Origin: an uncultured Gammaproteobacteria bacterium
GTDB lineage: Bacteria > Patescibacteriota > Microgenomatia > UBA10105 > UBA927
Assembly: GCA_964527425.1 (NCBI GenBank)
Contig: CAZGOA010000002.1
Coordinates: 73,346-137,345, forward strand
Length of the DNA stretch: 64,000 nucleotides
Direction of reading: 5' to 3'
Below, in pieces: positions 45,296 to 55,906 of the stretch. The position numbers and the translations under genes are program-made. How positions within the stretch are numbered: the first letter of the stretch is position 1; the number at the start of each line of letters is the position of its first letter. Under the pieces are notes generated by a model. That model ran no database searches. It saw only the letters and a list, made by a program, of their open reading frames with translations, and was not told the origin of the DNA.

Positions 45296-48244
45296 TTATT
45301 GCCACGCTTCACAAATTAATCTAAACTCGCAAAAATCACATTGTCTCCCTGGTTTAGCAGGAAAATCACTATTTTTCATTTCTTCAGCCGTTTGAATTAT
45401 TTTGTCTTTCGCAGTTTGTAGTTGATCGGCCGTTCTTGTCCCAGAAATTTTTTCTTGGTTTTCCAAAAAATAAAATGAAACAATAACATCTTCAGGTCTA
45501 TAATTATAAATACCCTCGCTTGTAGCTGCCATTGCATAGACAGAAAGTTGCAAATCATTTTTTACATTTTTTTTAACCCTCGTTGACTGACCAGTTTTAT
45601 AATCAATAATTTCGATTTTCTTATCTGGTAAAACGTCTACCCTATCTACTTTCCCTCCGATAGTTAACATTGGTGTTATTTTTAACTTAAATGATTCTTC
45701 AAGTTTTTTAGGAATTTTCCCGGGAACATACCCAGAACGATAAAATTCACTCAAGAGCTTTTCTCCATGTGCCTTCATCTTTGATTCATACGTTTTATTC
45801 CCATATCCAACAGATTTCCATTTTTCTGCATATTTTGTTAATAATTCTTCTTGACTGGGATGTTTGCCATCTTGAACTATTTTATAAAACGCTTCCAATG
45901 TTCTATGAATGGTATCTCCAAATGTCAATGCTGCTGATGGAGGAACAGGTATTTTTATAATATATCGATACTTATACTGTAGAGGACAAGTTAAAAACGT
46001 TTCTATTTGTGAATACGACAAATACGTAAGTTTGTTGAGTTGACTTTCTTTCATACGTTTATGAACTACTGTTTCTTTGGGTGCCCATTCCAGTAAAGAT
46101 AATTGTTTTGTATCTCCAACTGGTTGTGCTTTTGCTACTTCAATAGCTTCCAGTCCTATTGATTCTGCTATAAATGGTGATAATTTCTTTTCCCTCTTTC
46201 CATCACCATAATATTTAGCCGCAGTAAAATATAACTGATCACGAGCTCTTGTCATGGCAACATAAAATAGTCTACGTTCTTCCTGTAAGTGATAATCACC
46301 TGTAGGTAATATTTCAGTAACTAATTCTCTAGGAATAGGAATTTGTTCTTTTCTTTCTGTCGAAGGAAATCGTGCGTCAACTAAATTTACTAAAAATACA
46401 TAAGGAAACTCTAATCCCTTAGATGAATGAACAGTTAATATATTCACAGCATTATGCTGATTCCAGTCATTATTACTTGCGAGCGGTGATTCACCAAGCT
46501 CTAAAGATAAATTAAGCCAATCAACTACAGCAAATACACTTGATTCTTCATGTTCTGCTTCATAGGTTTTTAATCTATCAAAAAATTTAGCGATATTGAG
46601 TGCTTTTTGTTCGTCGCGTTCGTTTTTATACTGTGTTAACTGAGTTAACATCCCTGTTTCTTCAAGAAAATAATATAAAATTTGACCAGCCGTCTCTTTA
46701 CGAATTAAACCTAAGTGTTTTTCTATCATTTGTGTTAAACGCACAATCTTCTCTTTACTTGTTGTATTGAGTAGACGAACGACTTCCTTTTCCTGTTGTT
46801 TACTTGTGGAAGGATTCACAATTAACTGACATACGTCAAATAAAGTCATACCCTGTCTTTTCGCAAAAGCAACAATGATCGCTATGTCTTTAGGATCTAT
46901 ATCTAACCAATTCATAGTAAGTATCCGATAAAATGCAACGGTTTCATCAACTTGAGATAAAACAGTAAGATATGAAATGAGATCTTTTACCTCTGGTTGC
47001 CGCAGTAGTTGTCCGGGTCCTAAAAATTGATATGGTATACTATGCCGTTCTAATGCGCGAGTAAAAGGTAATGCATGATTGTTGGCGCGAACCAAAATAG
47101 CAATATCTTTCCACAATAGAGAAGTGTTTGAGGTAGTTATTTGAATTATTTCTTTTGCAATTGCCTCAGCTTCATTTTCAACTCTATCTGCATAAATAAG
47201 TTTTACATTCTCCCCATTCACTCTTCTCATGCTTTCTAATCGTTTATCTATGTTTTCTGTTATCTCTAAACGATCAGGATTATTATATTGAATCAAATCG
47301 TAAGATCTATCTAAAATCTCTTTCGTTGAACGATAATTTTTTGTAAGTACTACGGTTTTTGTTTCTGGAAAGTGTGTCCGAAATTGAATCATGTTTGAAA
47401 TTGCAGCACCTCTCCATCTATAAATTGCCTGATCATCATCTCCAACAACAGTAATATTTTTACGTTTTCCTGCCAGTGTAATTGCTAGTATATTTTGAGC
47501 ATAATTTGTGTCCTGAAATTCATCAATCAATATATATGTAAATTGTTCTTGATATCTCTTTAAAACATTAGGGCGCTCTCTAAACAGCTTCAGTGAATAT
47601 GATATAAGATCCGCATAATCAAACATTCCTTCTTTTAATTTCATTTGCTCATACAAAACAAACGCATTTGCTAATTCTTTATATTTTTCCAGTTCTTCTT
47701 TTTCTCCTTGAATATCTAACTGTTCATTCTTTATTTTTTTTTCAATCCAATGCACATATTGTTCAGGTGTAACATCCTCATCTTTAAGCCTAGAAAAATG
47801 ATTAATCATACCATCAATAAACTTATTTGGATTTCCTAAAGGACGAAAGTAATTTAGATTAAATTTAAATAAATGAGTACGGAAAAAAAGAATTGTTTCA
47901 GCTTCATTCATTAACCGATACCCAGGGTTTATACCAATATGAACTCCTTCTTGTTTTAATAGTCGGTCACAAAAAGCATGAAACGTAGAAATCCACATTT
48001 GTGTTATTCCATAGGGCATGGCTTGATCTACTCGTTCTTCCATTTCTCTACTCGCTTTTTCTGTAAAGGTAAGAGCAAGAATTTCTGAAGGAGTAGCAAG
48101 CTTAGCACTTATTAAATGTTTTATACGTTCGGTAACAACAGTAGTCTTACCAGTTCCAGCACCAGCAACAATCAATAACGGACCTTCTCCAAACGTAATT
48201 GCAGCGATTTGTTCTTCATTAAATTTATTGTTTAGTGATTTCAT
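45296..48244 (-). CDS. UvrD/Rep-type SF1 helicase fused to a C-terminal RecB/Cas4-like PD-(D/E)xK nuclease domain with a Cys-cluster (AddA/AdnB-like helicase-nuclease)
   Basis: N-terminal helicase motifs (AGAGTGKTTVV; ILIDEFQDTN; VGDDDQAIYRWRGA). C-terminal nuclease motifs (…GKVDRVDVL…EIIDYKTG…LQLSVYAMA…) with a terminal CDFCEFRLIC cysteine motif. Three-Cys motif seen: C-x2-C-x5-C. Confidence 0.75.
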   Translation of the reverse strand: MKSLNNKFNEEQIAAITFGEGPLLIVAGAGTGKTTVVTERIKHLISAKLATPSEILALTFTEKASREMEERVDQAMPYGITQMWISTFHAFCDRLLKQEGVHIGINPGYRLMNEAETILFFRTHLFKFNLNYFRPLGNPNKFIDGMINHFSRLKDEDVTPEQYVHWIEKKIKNEQLDIQGEKEELEKYKELANAFVLYEQMKLKEGMFDYADLISYSLKLFRERPNVLKRYQEQFTYILIDEFQDTNYAQNILAITLAGKRKNITVVGDDDQAIYRWRGAAISNMIQFRTHFPETKTVVLTKNYRSTKEILDRSYDLIQYNNPDRLEITENIDKRLESMRRVNGENVKLIYADRVENEAEAIAKEIIQITTSNTSLLWKDIAILVRANNHALPFTRALERHSIPYQFLGPGQLLRQPEVKDLISYLTVLSQVDETVAFYRILTMNWLDIDPKDIAIIVAFAKRQGMTLFDVCQLIVNPSTSKQQEKEVVRLLNTTSKEKIVRLTQMIEKHLGLIRKETAGQILYYFLEETGMLTQLTQYKNERDEQKALNIAKFFDRLKTYEAEHEESSVFAVVDWLNLSLELGESPLASNNDWNQHNAVNILTVHSSKGLEFPYVFLVNLVDARFPSTERKEQIPIPRELVTEILPTGDYHLQEERRLFYVAMTRARDQLYFTAAKYYGDGKREKKLSPFIAESIGLEAIEVAKAQPVGDTKQLSLLEWAPKETVVHKRMKESQLNKLTYLSYSQIETFLTCPLQYKYRYIIKIPVPPSAALTFGDTIHRTLEAFYKIVQDGKHPSQEELLTKYAEKWKSVGYGNKTYESKMKAHGEKLLSEFYRSGYVPGKIPKKLEESFKLKITPMLTIGGKVDRVDVLPDKKIEIIDYKTGQSTRVKKNVKNDLQLSVYAMAATSEGIYNYRPEDVIVSFYFLENQEKISGTRTADQLQTAKDKIIQTAEEMKNSDFPAKPGRQCDFCEFRLICEAWQ

Positions 48245-48276
48245 GACGTAGACCGATTATAATCTTCTTATACCAT

Positions 48277-48822
48277 ATGAACCAACCATTATCTTTACAT
48301 GATATAAACCAAGATATTCGAGACAAAGTAAACTCTCAAGAATATCAAAAACAACACATTGAAGGTGTAGAAATCTTTCATTTACACAAACATCTTACTG
48401 AGGATGGATCATTTACTGAAATATTAAGAATTAACGATTCAGGTGCATTAGCACTAGTACCTGATATGAAGATAGCCCAGATTAATAGATCTATTATGCT
48501 TCCTTCTTCTGTTAAAGCATGGCATTTACATTTCAATCAAGATGAAGTCTGGAATGTTAGTGGTGATTCACACTTACTACTTGGATTGTGGGACGTAAGA
48601 GAACATTCAACAACAAAAAATGTTTCTGTAAAAATTCCTTTAGATTCAACCACACTCGTATATATTCCCAGAGGTGTAGCTCACGGTGCTGCAAATATTA
48701 GTGGCAATAACGCAGAAATTCTGTATTTTGTTTCTAATCAATATAATCCAGAACAACTTGATGAAAAAAGACTTCCGTGGGACAGCTTAGGGAAAGACTT
48801 CTGGGAAGCAAAAAAAGAATAG
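48277..48822 (+). CDS. RmlC-like cupin (dTDP-4-dehydrorhamnose 3,5-epimerase family)
   Basis: Matches RmlC motifs in order: AWHLHFNQ; IPRGVAHG; YFVSNQYNPE; RLPWD. 181 aa. Confidence 0.55.
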   Translation: MNQPLSLHDINQDIRDKVNSQEYQKQHIEGVEIFHLHKHLTEDGSFTEILRINDSGALALVPDMKIAQINRSIMLPSSVKAWHLHFNQDEVWNVSGDSHLLLGLWDVREHSTTKNVSVKIPLDSTTLVYIPRGVAHGAANISGNNAEILYFVSNQYNPEQLDEKRLPWDSLGKDFWEAKKE

Positions 48823-48823
48823 G

Positions 48824-49825
48824 TTATTTTTCTCCATCAGTTAATTGATTTGTTTTACTCAATTTTTGACCAATCTGTTCTATAGTCTGTGAAACAGTAG
48901 ATGTATTATTATACGCGTTCGTAACATGTTTCGTTAATGTAAAATATTGTTCCGTAAGTTTTACATAATCACCGGAAATAGCTCGTAACAACTTAATAAC
49001 ATCCTGAGTTTTCTTTTCAATTTCTTTTCCTTGAAAACTAACAAGTAATACTTGAAGGTGTGCATATAATGTATTTGGTGACACTGGATATATCCTGTGT
49101 TTTCTTGCTGTTGTCATTAAACTTGGATCAGTAACGATTTCGTAATACACCGCTTCTGAGGGAATATACATGAGAGCAAAATCGAGTGTTCCTTCATCAG
49201 GTAAAATGTATTTATTAGCAATATCTGTTACATGTTTTTTTACGTCACTTGCAAATTCTTTCTTTGCCCGCATCCTCTCAGCTTCTAATTCTGCGGAATG
49301 CATTGCAATATAATTTGACATTGGAAATTTAGCATCAATAGGGAGTATACCAGCATCTGTTTTTATAGCAGCATCAACTTTTACTCCAGTCTTAAAGGCA
49401 TATTGTAAGTGAAACGATTGTTTAGGAAATAATTGTGCAATCATATCAGCCAATACTTCTTCACCTAAACCACCACGTAGCTTAGGGGATTGTAGAAAAG
49501 CCTGAAGATCTTTAATACCACGACCCACTTCAGATAATTCACCCATATTTTTTTTGAGTTCGCCAATAACATGAGCGGCTGAATCTAATCGTTCATTTAA
49601 TTGTTTAGAGTTAGTTACTAATACACGATTTGTCTCAGCTGTAGAACCACGAAGAGTACTTTGTAGAGCTTCATTAGTTCGATCGAGAGAAGTCTGCATT
49701 GTTTTAAGCCATTCAACTAATGCAGCTTGATCATTTCCTTGTGATTGTTTTCTACTAACTAAATAACCAATTATTGCAAAACCAATAAGGATACCAGAAA
49801 GAAGAATAAGGGTATCTGCTTGCAT
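48824..49825 (-). CDS. rmuC: RmuC-family DNA recombination protein
   Basis: N-terminal TM, a coiled coil and a C-terminal RmuC nuclease-like domain. 333 aa. Confidence 0.5.
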   Translation of the reverse strand: MQADTLILLSGILIGFAIIGYLVSRKQSQGNDQAALVEWLKTMQTSLDRTNEALQSTLRGSTAETNRVLVTNSKQLNERLDSAAHVIGELKKNMGELSEVGRGIKDLQAFLQSPKLRGGLGEEVLADMIAQLFPKQSFHLQYAFKTGVKVDAAIKTDAGILPIDAKFPMSNYIAMHSAELEAERMRAKKEFASDVKKHVTDIANKYILPDEGTLDFALMYIPSEAVYYEIVTDPSLMTTARKHRIYPVSPNTLYAHLQVLLVSFQGKEIEKKTQDVIKLLRAISGDYVKLTEQYFTLTKHVTNAYNNTSTVSQTIEQIGQKLSKTNQLTDGEK

Positions 49826-49881
49826 ATAGGTACTATACCACGAAGATCAAGTTAAACTGCAAAATAGTACTCCACAAATTC

Positions 49882-50259
49882 TTGATATATACTGATACTA
49901 TCGTTATTCTTATGAATCCTATAATACCAAGACATCAGTTTTACAAATTCACCTTCAATCTAAACTCATTTTTAGCTGGATTTATTGGATTATCGATTTC
50001 AGCTTGGTATTTCAATACCATTTCACCAAAACAGGGGAGTGTAATCATTCTGTTAGGAATTACTTTAATCGCATTTACCGTATGGACAATATTATTTTCG
50101 TTTCTAAATAATGTGCGACGTTCATCGCTCCTTACTCTCGGTGTTGCTCTTTTTTTAAGTCTCAGAGTTCTCAAGTTGTATGACATTTTATATTACTTAA
50201 TCATGTTTGCTTTTTTAATTACCTTGAATTTTGCATTAAGAAAACAACGGACGTTTTAA
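49882..50259 (+). CDS. Small polytopic membrane protein
   Basis: 125 aa with three predicted TM helices. No motif. Confidence 0.3.
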   Translation: MIYTDTIVILMNPIIPRHQFYKFTFNLNSFLAGFIGLSISAWYFNTISPKQGSVIILLGITLIAFTVWTILFSFLNNVRRSSLLTLGVALFLSLRVLKLYDILYYLIMFAFLITLNFALRKQRTF

Positions 50260-50301
50260 TCACTCCTTATCACAATTCTCTTTTTACTGTAAAATCGCTC
50301 T

Positions 50302-51735
50302 ATGTTAAATAAATTCTATATTACGACAGCTATTCCATATGTGAACGCAAAACCTCATATTGGTCATGCACTAGAGTTTGTTCAGGCCGATACCATAGCT
50401 CGATATCAAAAATTATTAGGAAAAGAGGTAACCCTTCTCTCAGGAGGGGATGAAAACGCTCTAAAGAATGTACAGGCTGCTGAAACAGTTGGTAAAGATG
50501 TCCAGACTTTTATAGACGAAAATAGTCAAAGTTTTAAGGAACTCGCAGTTAAACTATCAGTACAATTTGACATTTTCCAAAAAGGTTCTGATAAAAAACA
50601 TCACTACCCTTCAAGTCAAAAATTATGGCAATTATGCGATAAAGCTGGTGATATATACAAAAAATCATACGAAGGTTTGTATTGTTTAGGCTGTGAAGCT
50701 TTTTATACAGAAGATGAATTAAACGAGAATGGGGAATGCTTCGAACACCCTGGTAAAAAACTACAAATGATTAAAGAAGAAAATTATTTTTTTAAACTCA
50801 AAAAATATGAATCAGAAATTGTACGACGTCTTGAATCAAAGGAAATCAACATTATTCCAGAGTTCAGAAAAAACGAAGTATTATCGTTTCTTAAACAAGG
50901 ACTTCAAGACATAAGTATTTCAAGGTCTAATGAACGAGCAAAAAATTGGGGTGTCCCAGTACCAGATGATCCAAATCAAAGAATTTATGTTTGGTTTGAC
51001 GCGCTGAATATATACCAAAGTGGCATTGGGTTTGGATGGGATGAATCTTCCTATAATAAATGGTGGCCAGCAGATGTTCATGTAATTGGGAAAGGAATAT
51101 CCAGATTTCATGCAGTATATTGGATAGCTTTTTTATTATCAGCTCAGCTTGAATTACCTCGTTCAATTTTTATTCATGGATATTTTACCGTAAATGGACA
51201 AAAAATGAGCAAAACCCTCGGAAATGTCATCGATCCCCTCCTTCTCATTAATTACTATGGGATAGATCCTCTGCGCTATTATTTTCTTCGTGAAATCCCC
51301 GCATATAATGACGGTGATTTCACAGAGGACAGACTGAAAGAAATTTATAATGCAGATCTGGCAAATGGATTAGGTAATCTTGTATCTAGAATTGCAAAAT
51401 TAGCATCTACTATTTCTGTACCCTACTCTTCTATTGAATTTGAAGCTATCCAACCATCTGAATATAAAAAAGCCATGCAAGAATTTCGTTTTCATGATGC
51501 GTTAATAATCATCTGGAAACAGATTAAAGAACTAGATATCTATGTTAACAACAAGGAACCGTGGAAACTTAAAGGAAAAGATTTTGAAACAGTCATTATC
51601 CATTGTGTAACTCAAATTCGAATTATTGCAGTACTTTTACAACCATTTCTGCCAAATACAGCAGAGGCCATACTAAAACAATATAATTCTGAAAATATAC
51701 AGCCTAATACTCCCCTCTTTCCGAGGTTAACGTAA
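50302..51735 (+). CDS. metG: Methionyl-tRNA synthetase (short form without the C-terminal tRNA-binding domain)
   Basis: HIGH-region motif (PYVNAKPHIGH) and KMSKS (KMSKTLGN). 477 aa. Confidence 0.9.
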   Translation: MLNKFYITTAIPYVNAKPHIGHALEFVQADTIARYQKLLGKEVTLLSGGDENALKNVQAAETVGKDVQTFIDENSQSFKELAVKLSVQFDIFQKGSDKKHHYPSSQKLWQLCDKAGDIYKKSYEGLYCLGCEAFYTEDELNENGECFEHPGKKLQMIKEENYFFKLKKYESEIVRRLESKEINIIPEFRKNEVLSFLKQGLQDISISRSNERAKNWGVPVPDDPNQRIYVWFDALNIYQSGIGFGWDESSYNKWWPADVHVIGKGISRFHAVYWIAFLLSAQLELPRSIFIHGYFTVNGQKMSKTLGNVIDPLLLINYYGIDPLRYYFLREIPAYNDGDFTEDRLKEIYNADLANGLGNLVSRIAKLASTISVPYSSIEFEAIQPSEYKKAMQEFRFHDALIIIWKQIKELDIYVNNKEPWKLKGKDFETVIIHCVTQIRIIAVLLQPFLPNTAEAILKQYNSENIQPNTPLFPRLT

Positions 51736-51736
51736 T

Positions 51737-52507
51737 ATGTTTATTGATACTCATTGTCATTTAACATTTCCTGAATTTGACATAGATAGAAATGAACTCA
51801 TAGGAAATGCAAAAAAAGCAAAAGTTAAATATTTTATAGTTCCAGGTATAGATCTCCTTTCATCAAAACAATCTATCGAACTAGCAATGAAACATCCTTC
51901 CTGTATTCGATCATCGATAGGATTTCATCCGTATGAAGCTCAAGACAATCCAGATAGCACAAAACTTCAGCCACTCATAAATGAATTTGTCGTAGCAATT
52001 GGTGAATGCGGATTAGATTACCACATGTATAAAGGGGAAGAAGCAATAAGCAAAAAAACAAATCAAATACGAATATTCAGAGATCAAATTGAAATAGCTA
52101 TAGCTCATTCTTTACCGCTTATTATGCATTGTAGAGATGCATTTGATGATTTTTTTGATACATTGGATAACTATGCAGGACAAATAACTGGTGTAATTCA
52201 TTGTTTTTCTGGGGGCTTACAAGATATACGAGCTGCTCTATCAAGAAATTTATATATGGGAATAGATGGTAACCTTACCTATTCTAAATATCTACAAGAA
52301 ATAGTACCTTCTATACCATTACCATCACTCCTACTTGAAACTGATAGTCCCTATTTAACTCCCCTACCAAATAGAGGTAAACGCAATGAACCAAAATATC
52401 TAACCTACACTGCAAAAAAAGCTGCTACTTTATTCAATGTTTCTGTAAACGAAATCGCACTTCAAACGACAGCGAATGCAAAAAATCTCTTTCATCTTCC
52501 CATATAA
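51737..52507 (+). CDS. tatD: TatD-family metal-dependent DNase
   Basis: The N-terminus is MFIDTHCHL, with conserved His/Glu/Asp positions. It sits in the conserved position immediately after metG. Confidence 0.85.
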   Translation: MFIDTHCHLTFPEFDIDRNELIGNAKKAKVKYFIVPGIDLLSSKQSIELAMKHPSCIRSSIGFHPYEAQDNPDSTKLQPLINEFVVAIGECGLDYHMYKGEEAISKKTNQIRIFRDQIEIAIAHSLPLIMHCRDAFDDFFDTLDNYAGQITGVIHCFSGGLQDIRAALSRNLYMGIDGNLTYSKYLQEIVPSIPLPSLLLETDSPYLTPLPNRGKRNEPKYLTYTAKKAATLFNVSVNEIALQTTANAKNLFHLPI

Positions 52508-52631
52508 ATAGGTATTCCCTCTACTTTCAACCACAAAATACAGGTATGATAATACTATCTCTGTTATACTTACAACCTGATGCAGCTACAAAGTAATTGA
52601 TGATTGTTAATCATTGTAAAATAGTAACCTT

Positions 52632-54113
52632 ATGCGAAGAATTGTTACAAGATATCCAGAAAAAACAAGACGATTAATAGAAATTCTTATTCCTTTAACT
52701 TCATGGATTATTATTACAATGCCATTTTGGCTTTCTTTTTGGAATCCTGTTGCTATGGGATACATATTAATCACTTTCAACGTTTATTGGTTTTATAAAT
52801 CATTAACACTCGCGATTAGTGCCATTAAGTCCTTTATAACTTTACAGGCTCATATTAAAGTTGATTGGTTAGCTCAAATCAAACATCACCCCGATTTTAA
52901 TAAAATACATCACATAATTATTATTCCCGAATATAAAGAACCAATTCACATACTAAAAAGAACAATAGAAAATTTATTAACTACAGATTTTCCTAAAGAA
53001 AAAATCACTTTAGTATTGGCAACAGAAAGCAAAGATACTGAAGCAACAGAAACTGGAAATGTTCTTTCTCATGTATTCAAAGATAAGGTCGGTCATTTTC
53101 TTATTACTACCCACACACTATTACCCGGTGAAGTAGCAGGAAAATCATCTAATATGGCAGCCGCAGCAGAAATCATAGAAAAAAAACTGGAAGAATGGAA
53201 TATTCCGATCGAATGGACTACAGTCACATCTTGTGACGCCGATGCACTAATTCATCCAAAATATTTATCTTGTGTTACACAGAAATTTCTCACAAATAAA
53301 GACAAATTCGAAACATTTTATCAAGGTGCCATAATGTTTTATTCAAACATTTGGCGGATACCTCTCCCTAATCGTTTTCTAAATATTCTCAATAGTATCT
53401 GGAATTTAGCATCACTATCACAACCTTCAAGACTCATTAATTTTTCAACCTATACTCTCCCTTTTAAAACAGCTAAAGATGCTGGATATTGGGGTAAAGA
53501 TGTTATACCAGAAGATTACCATATGTTTTTTAGAGTATATTTTAATAAGGGTGAGAAAGTTAAAACTCAGCCTATTTTTTTACCAATACTTGTTGATGCT
53601 GCCGAAAGCAAGGGATTTTTTAGAACTATGGTAAATCAGTACGAACAATCTAAACGTTGGGCATGGGGAGTTTCCGATATACCTTTTGTAGTGAAAGGTA
53701 TGATTATACATTCAAACATTGCTTTGATAGATAGAGTTATTCGCTTGTTAAAATTACTTGAACATCATATTTTCTGGCCAGCTAACTGGTTTTTACTAAC
53801 TATAGGAGGAATCGTGCCGGGATTGGTAAATCCAAACTTTGCAAGAACAAGTTTCGGATTTCAACTTGCCCAGTTATCTTCAGGAATATTAACACTTTCT
53901 ACAATTGTACTTTTGGTTGTCTTTTATATAGATTGGAAATTAAAACCACCAAAACCTGAACATATACGGAATTGGACGCTACCGTTTTTATATTTACAGT
54001 GGTTTACTCTTCCTATTATTTCATTTTTCCTTGCAGCTCTCCCTGGGTTGGATGCACATACTCGTTTGCTTTTAGGTAAACGACTAGAGTATCGAGTAAC
54101 AGAAAAGGTATAA
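52632..54113 (+). CDS. Membrane-integrated family-2 glycosyltransferase (cellulose-synthase-like topology)
   Basis: N- and C-terminal TM bundles flank a GT-A domain (IIIPEYKEP…LVLATESKD…GKSSNMAAAAE…TSCDADALIHP). Confidence 0.6.
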   Translation: MRRIVTRYPEKTRRLIEILIPLTSWIIITMPFWLSFWNPVAMGYILITFNVYWFYKSLTLAISAIKSFITLQAHIKVDWLAQIKHHPDFNKIHHIIIIPEYKEPIHILKRTIENLLTTDFPKEKITLVLATESKDTEATETGNVLSHVFKDKVGHFLITTHTLLPGEVAGKSSNMAAAAEIIEKKLEEWNIPIEWTTVTSCDADALIHPKYLSCVTQKFLTNKDKFETFYQGAIMFYSNIWRIPLPNRFLNILNSIWNLASLSQPSRLINFSTYTLPFKTAKDAGYWGKDVIPEDYHMFFRVYFNKGEKVKTQPIFLPILVDAAESKGFFRTMVNQYEQSKRWAWGVSDIPFVVKGMIIHSNIALIDRVIRLLKLLEHHIFWPANWFLLTIGGIVPGLVNPNFARTSFGFQLAQLSSGILTLSTIVLLVVFYIDWKLKPPKPEHIRNWTLPFLYLQWFTLPIISFFLAALPGLDAHTRLLLGKRLEYRVTEKV

Positions 54114-54142
54114 TACAATTGAATCAGTATTAATTTTCAACT

Positions 54143-55516
54143 ATGTTAGATTTTATTATTAATCACTCTCCAATTTATTACTTAGTACAAAGCTTATGGA
54201 GAGATGAAGCATTTTCAGTGTTAATTGCAGAGCGTCCGATTGCTTCATTCCTTGGCTCCTTAAATTTTGAGCCACCAATTTATTATGTTCTCCTTCATAT
54301 TTGGGTAAGAATATTCGGAACCAGTGAAATTTCAGTACGTTCACTTTCGTTTGTGGGATTTGTTTTAGCTACAATTGTTGTAATTTTTTGGGCTGAACAG
54401 TTATTTAAAAAACATTGGTTGTCATGGATGACACCGGTGCTTTTTTTCTTTAATCCCATGTTACTGTATTACGCCTTTGAGGTAAGAGCCTATGGGTGGT
54501 TTATGTTTTTTTCAACACTTTCTCTGTTTGCCTATACATCAAAAAAATATAAGTTATTGTTTATTGCAAATGTTTTAGCCTTTTACACCCACTCCTATGC
54601 TATTTTTATTCCTTTTGTGCAATTAGCCCATTATCTTATGATAAATGTAAAAACAAAACACTTTTTTACATTTAAACAACTCTATACTAGTCCAATTATT
54701 AGAATGCTGATTGGATATTCGCTAGTCATCGCTCCATGGACCTTTGTTATTGCTCAAGAAGCTTTAAAAGGTAGACCAACATGGTATTATCCAGTAGATC
54801 TTCAGTTAGTATTTGCAGTATTAGGAAATATGTTTGTAGGGTACGATGGCACACCGGGAGGAATGTGGAAATATACCTCAATTCTATCAGTATTGTTACT
54901 TATACTTTTTTTAATAGGAATCAGGCAAAAACAATATCGATTTAATACTTCTTATTTACTACTTGCTGTTCTATTACCACTTTGTATAGTCATTGGCGTA
55001 TCATTCCACAAACCCTTATTTGTAAATAGATATTTAATTTATGTCACAATCGCACAAGTTATACTTATTGCATATAGTATTTATCAAATGAACTCCAAAA
55101 TAATACAAAAGGGAATTCTGGTGGGTTTAATTATGTTATACCTTTTTGTAAATACTCAGTTCCCATTAAAAAAAGCCAAGTTAGATATCCGATCAACTTT
55201 ACAAATAGCAAATTCTTTACGAGGACCCAAAGACCTTTTATATGTTTCTAGTCCTCTCATTTTTTTCGAGGCAATCTACTATACAAAAGATCGTCAACAT
55301 GTATATCTATACAATCCAGAGAATAATACCTTCCCCTGGTATATAGGTGAAAGTGCGTTTGATGTAAAACAGATGACCAATGTGTATCCTGAATACCCCT
55401 CTAGAGCAGTTATTGTTGGAGAAGATAACTCTATAACAATTGCATATCGTACTACTCAAAACCCAATACCGATCACTGAAACTATACAGTCATCTCCTTC
55501 GGATTCAACACAATAA
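54143..55516 (+). CDS. GT-C fold glycosyltransferase (ArnT/PMT, GT39/GT83-like). It is polyprenyl-phosphate-sugar dependent.
   Basis: About 11 TM helices. The first extracytoplasmic loop carries an RDEAF (DE) motif, as in ArnT/PMT. Confidence 0.5.
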   Translation: MLDFIINHSPIYYLVQSLWRDEAFSVLIAERPIASFLGSLNFEPPIYYVLLHIWVRIFGTSEISVRSLSFVGFVLATIVVIFWAEQLFKKHWLSWMTPVLFFFNPMLLYYAFEVRAYGWFMFFSTLSLFAYTSKKYKLLFIANVLAFYTHSYAIFIPFVQLAHYLMINVKTKHFFTFKQLYTSPIIRMLIGYSLVIAPWTFVIAQEALKGRPTWYYPVDLQLVFAVLGNMFVGYDGTPGGMWKYTSILSVLLLILFLIGIRQKQYRFNTSYLLLAVLLPLCIVIGVSFHKPLFVNRYLIYVTIAQVILIAYSIYQMNSKIIQKGILVGLIMLYLFVNTQFPLKKAKLDIRSTLQIANSLRGPKDLLYVSSPLIFFEAIYYTKDRQHVYLYNPENNTFPWYIGESAFDVKQMTNVYPEYPSRAVIVGEDNSITIAYRTTQNPIPITETIQSSPSDSTQ

Positions 55517-55518
55517 CC

Positions 55519-55905
55519 ATGATTGCAAAAATCAAAAAAACGATTTCAGCAATAAGAAAACGAATAGAAATACTAACAACCTCACCAATTATGAGAGTAG
55601 TAGTGATACTTCCTCCTGTTTTAATTCTGATCATGACTATATTGATTGTTATGTATCTATCTCAATTGCCTCCCAAATTACCCTTCTTTTATTCACGACC
55701 ATGGGGAGAAGAACAATTAGTAAAACCGATATATCTCTTTATGCTTCCAATAAGTGCTCTTTTTTGGTATGTAAGTTCAATCTTGCTTATACATGTACAA
55801 ACATACCAATATAGAGTATTTGCTCAAATACTATTAATAGCACAAGCGATTTTATCAATCGCTATGATCTATGTTTTAATACGTATTATGCTGTTAGTAA
55901 CCTGA
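55519..55905 (+). CDS. Small polytopic membrane protein within the glycosylation cluster
   Basis: 128 aa with four hydrophobic helices. It is tightly packed between the GT-C and WecA-like genes. Confidence 0.35.
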   Translation: MIAKIKKTISAIRKRIEILTTSPIMRVVVILPPVLILIMTILIVMYLSQLPPKLPFFYSRPWGEEQLVKPIYLFMLPISALFWYVSSILLIHVQTYQYRVFAQILLIAQAILSIAMIYVLIRIMLLVT

Positions 55906-55906
55906 T

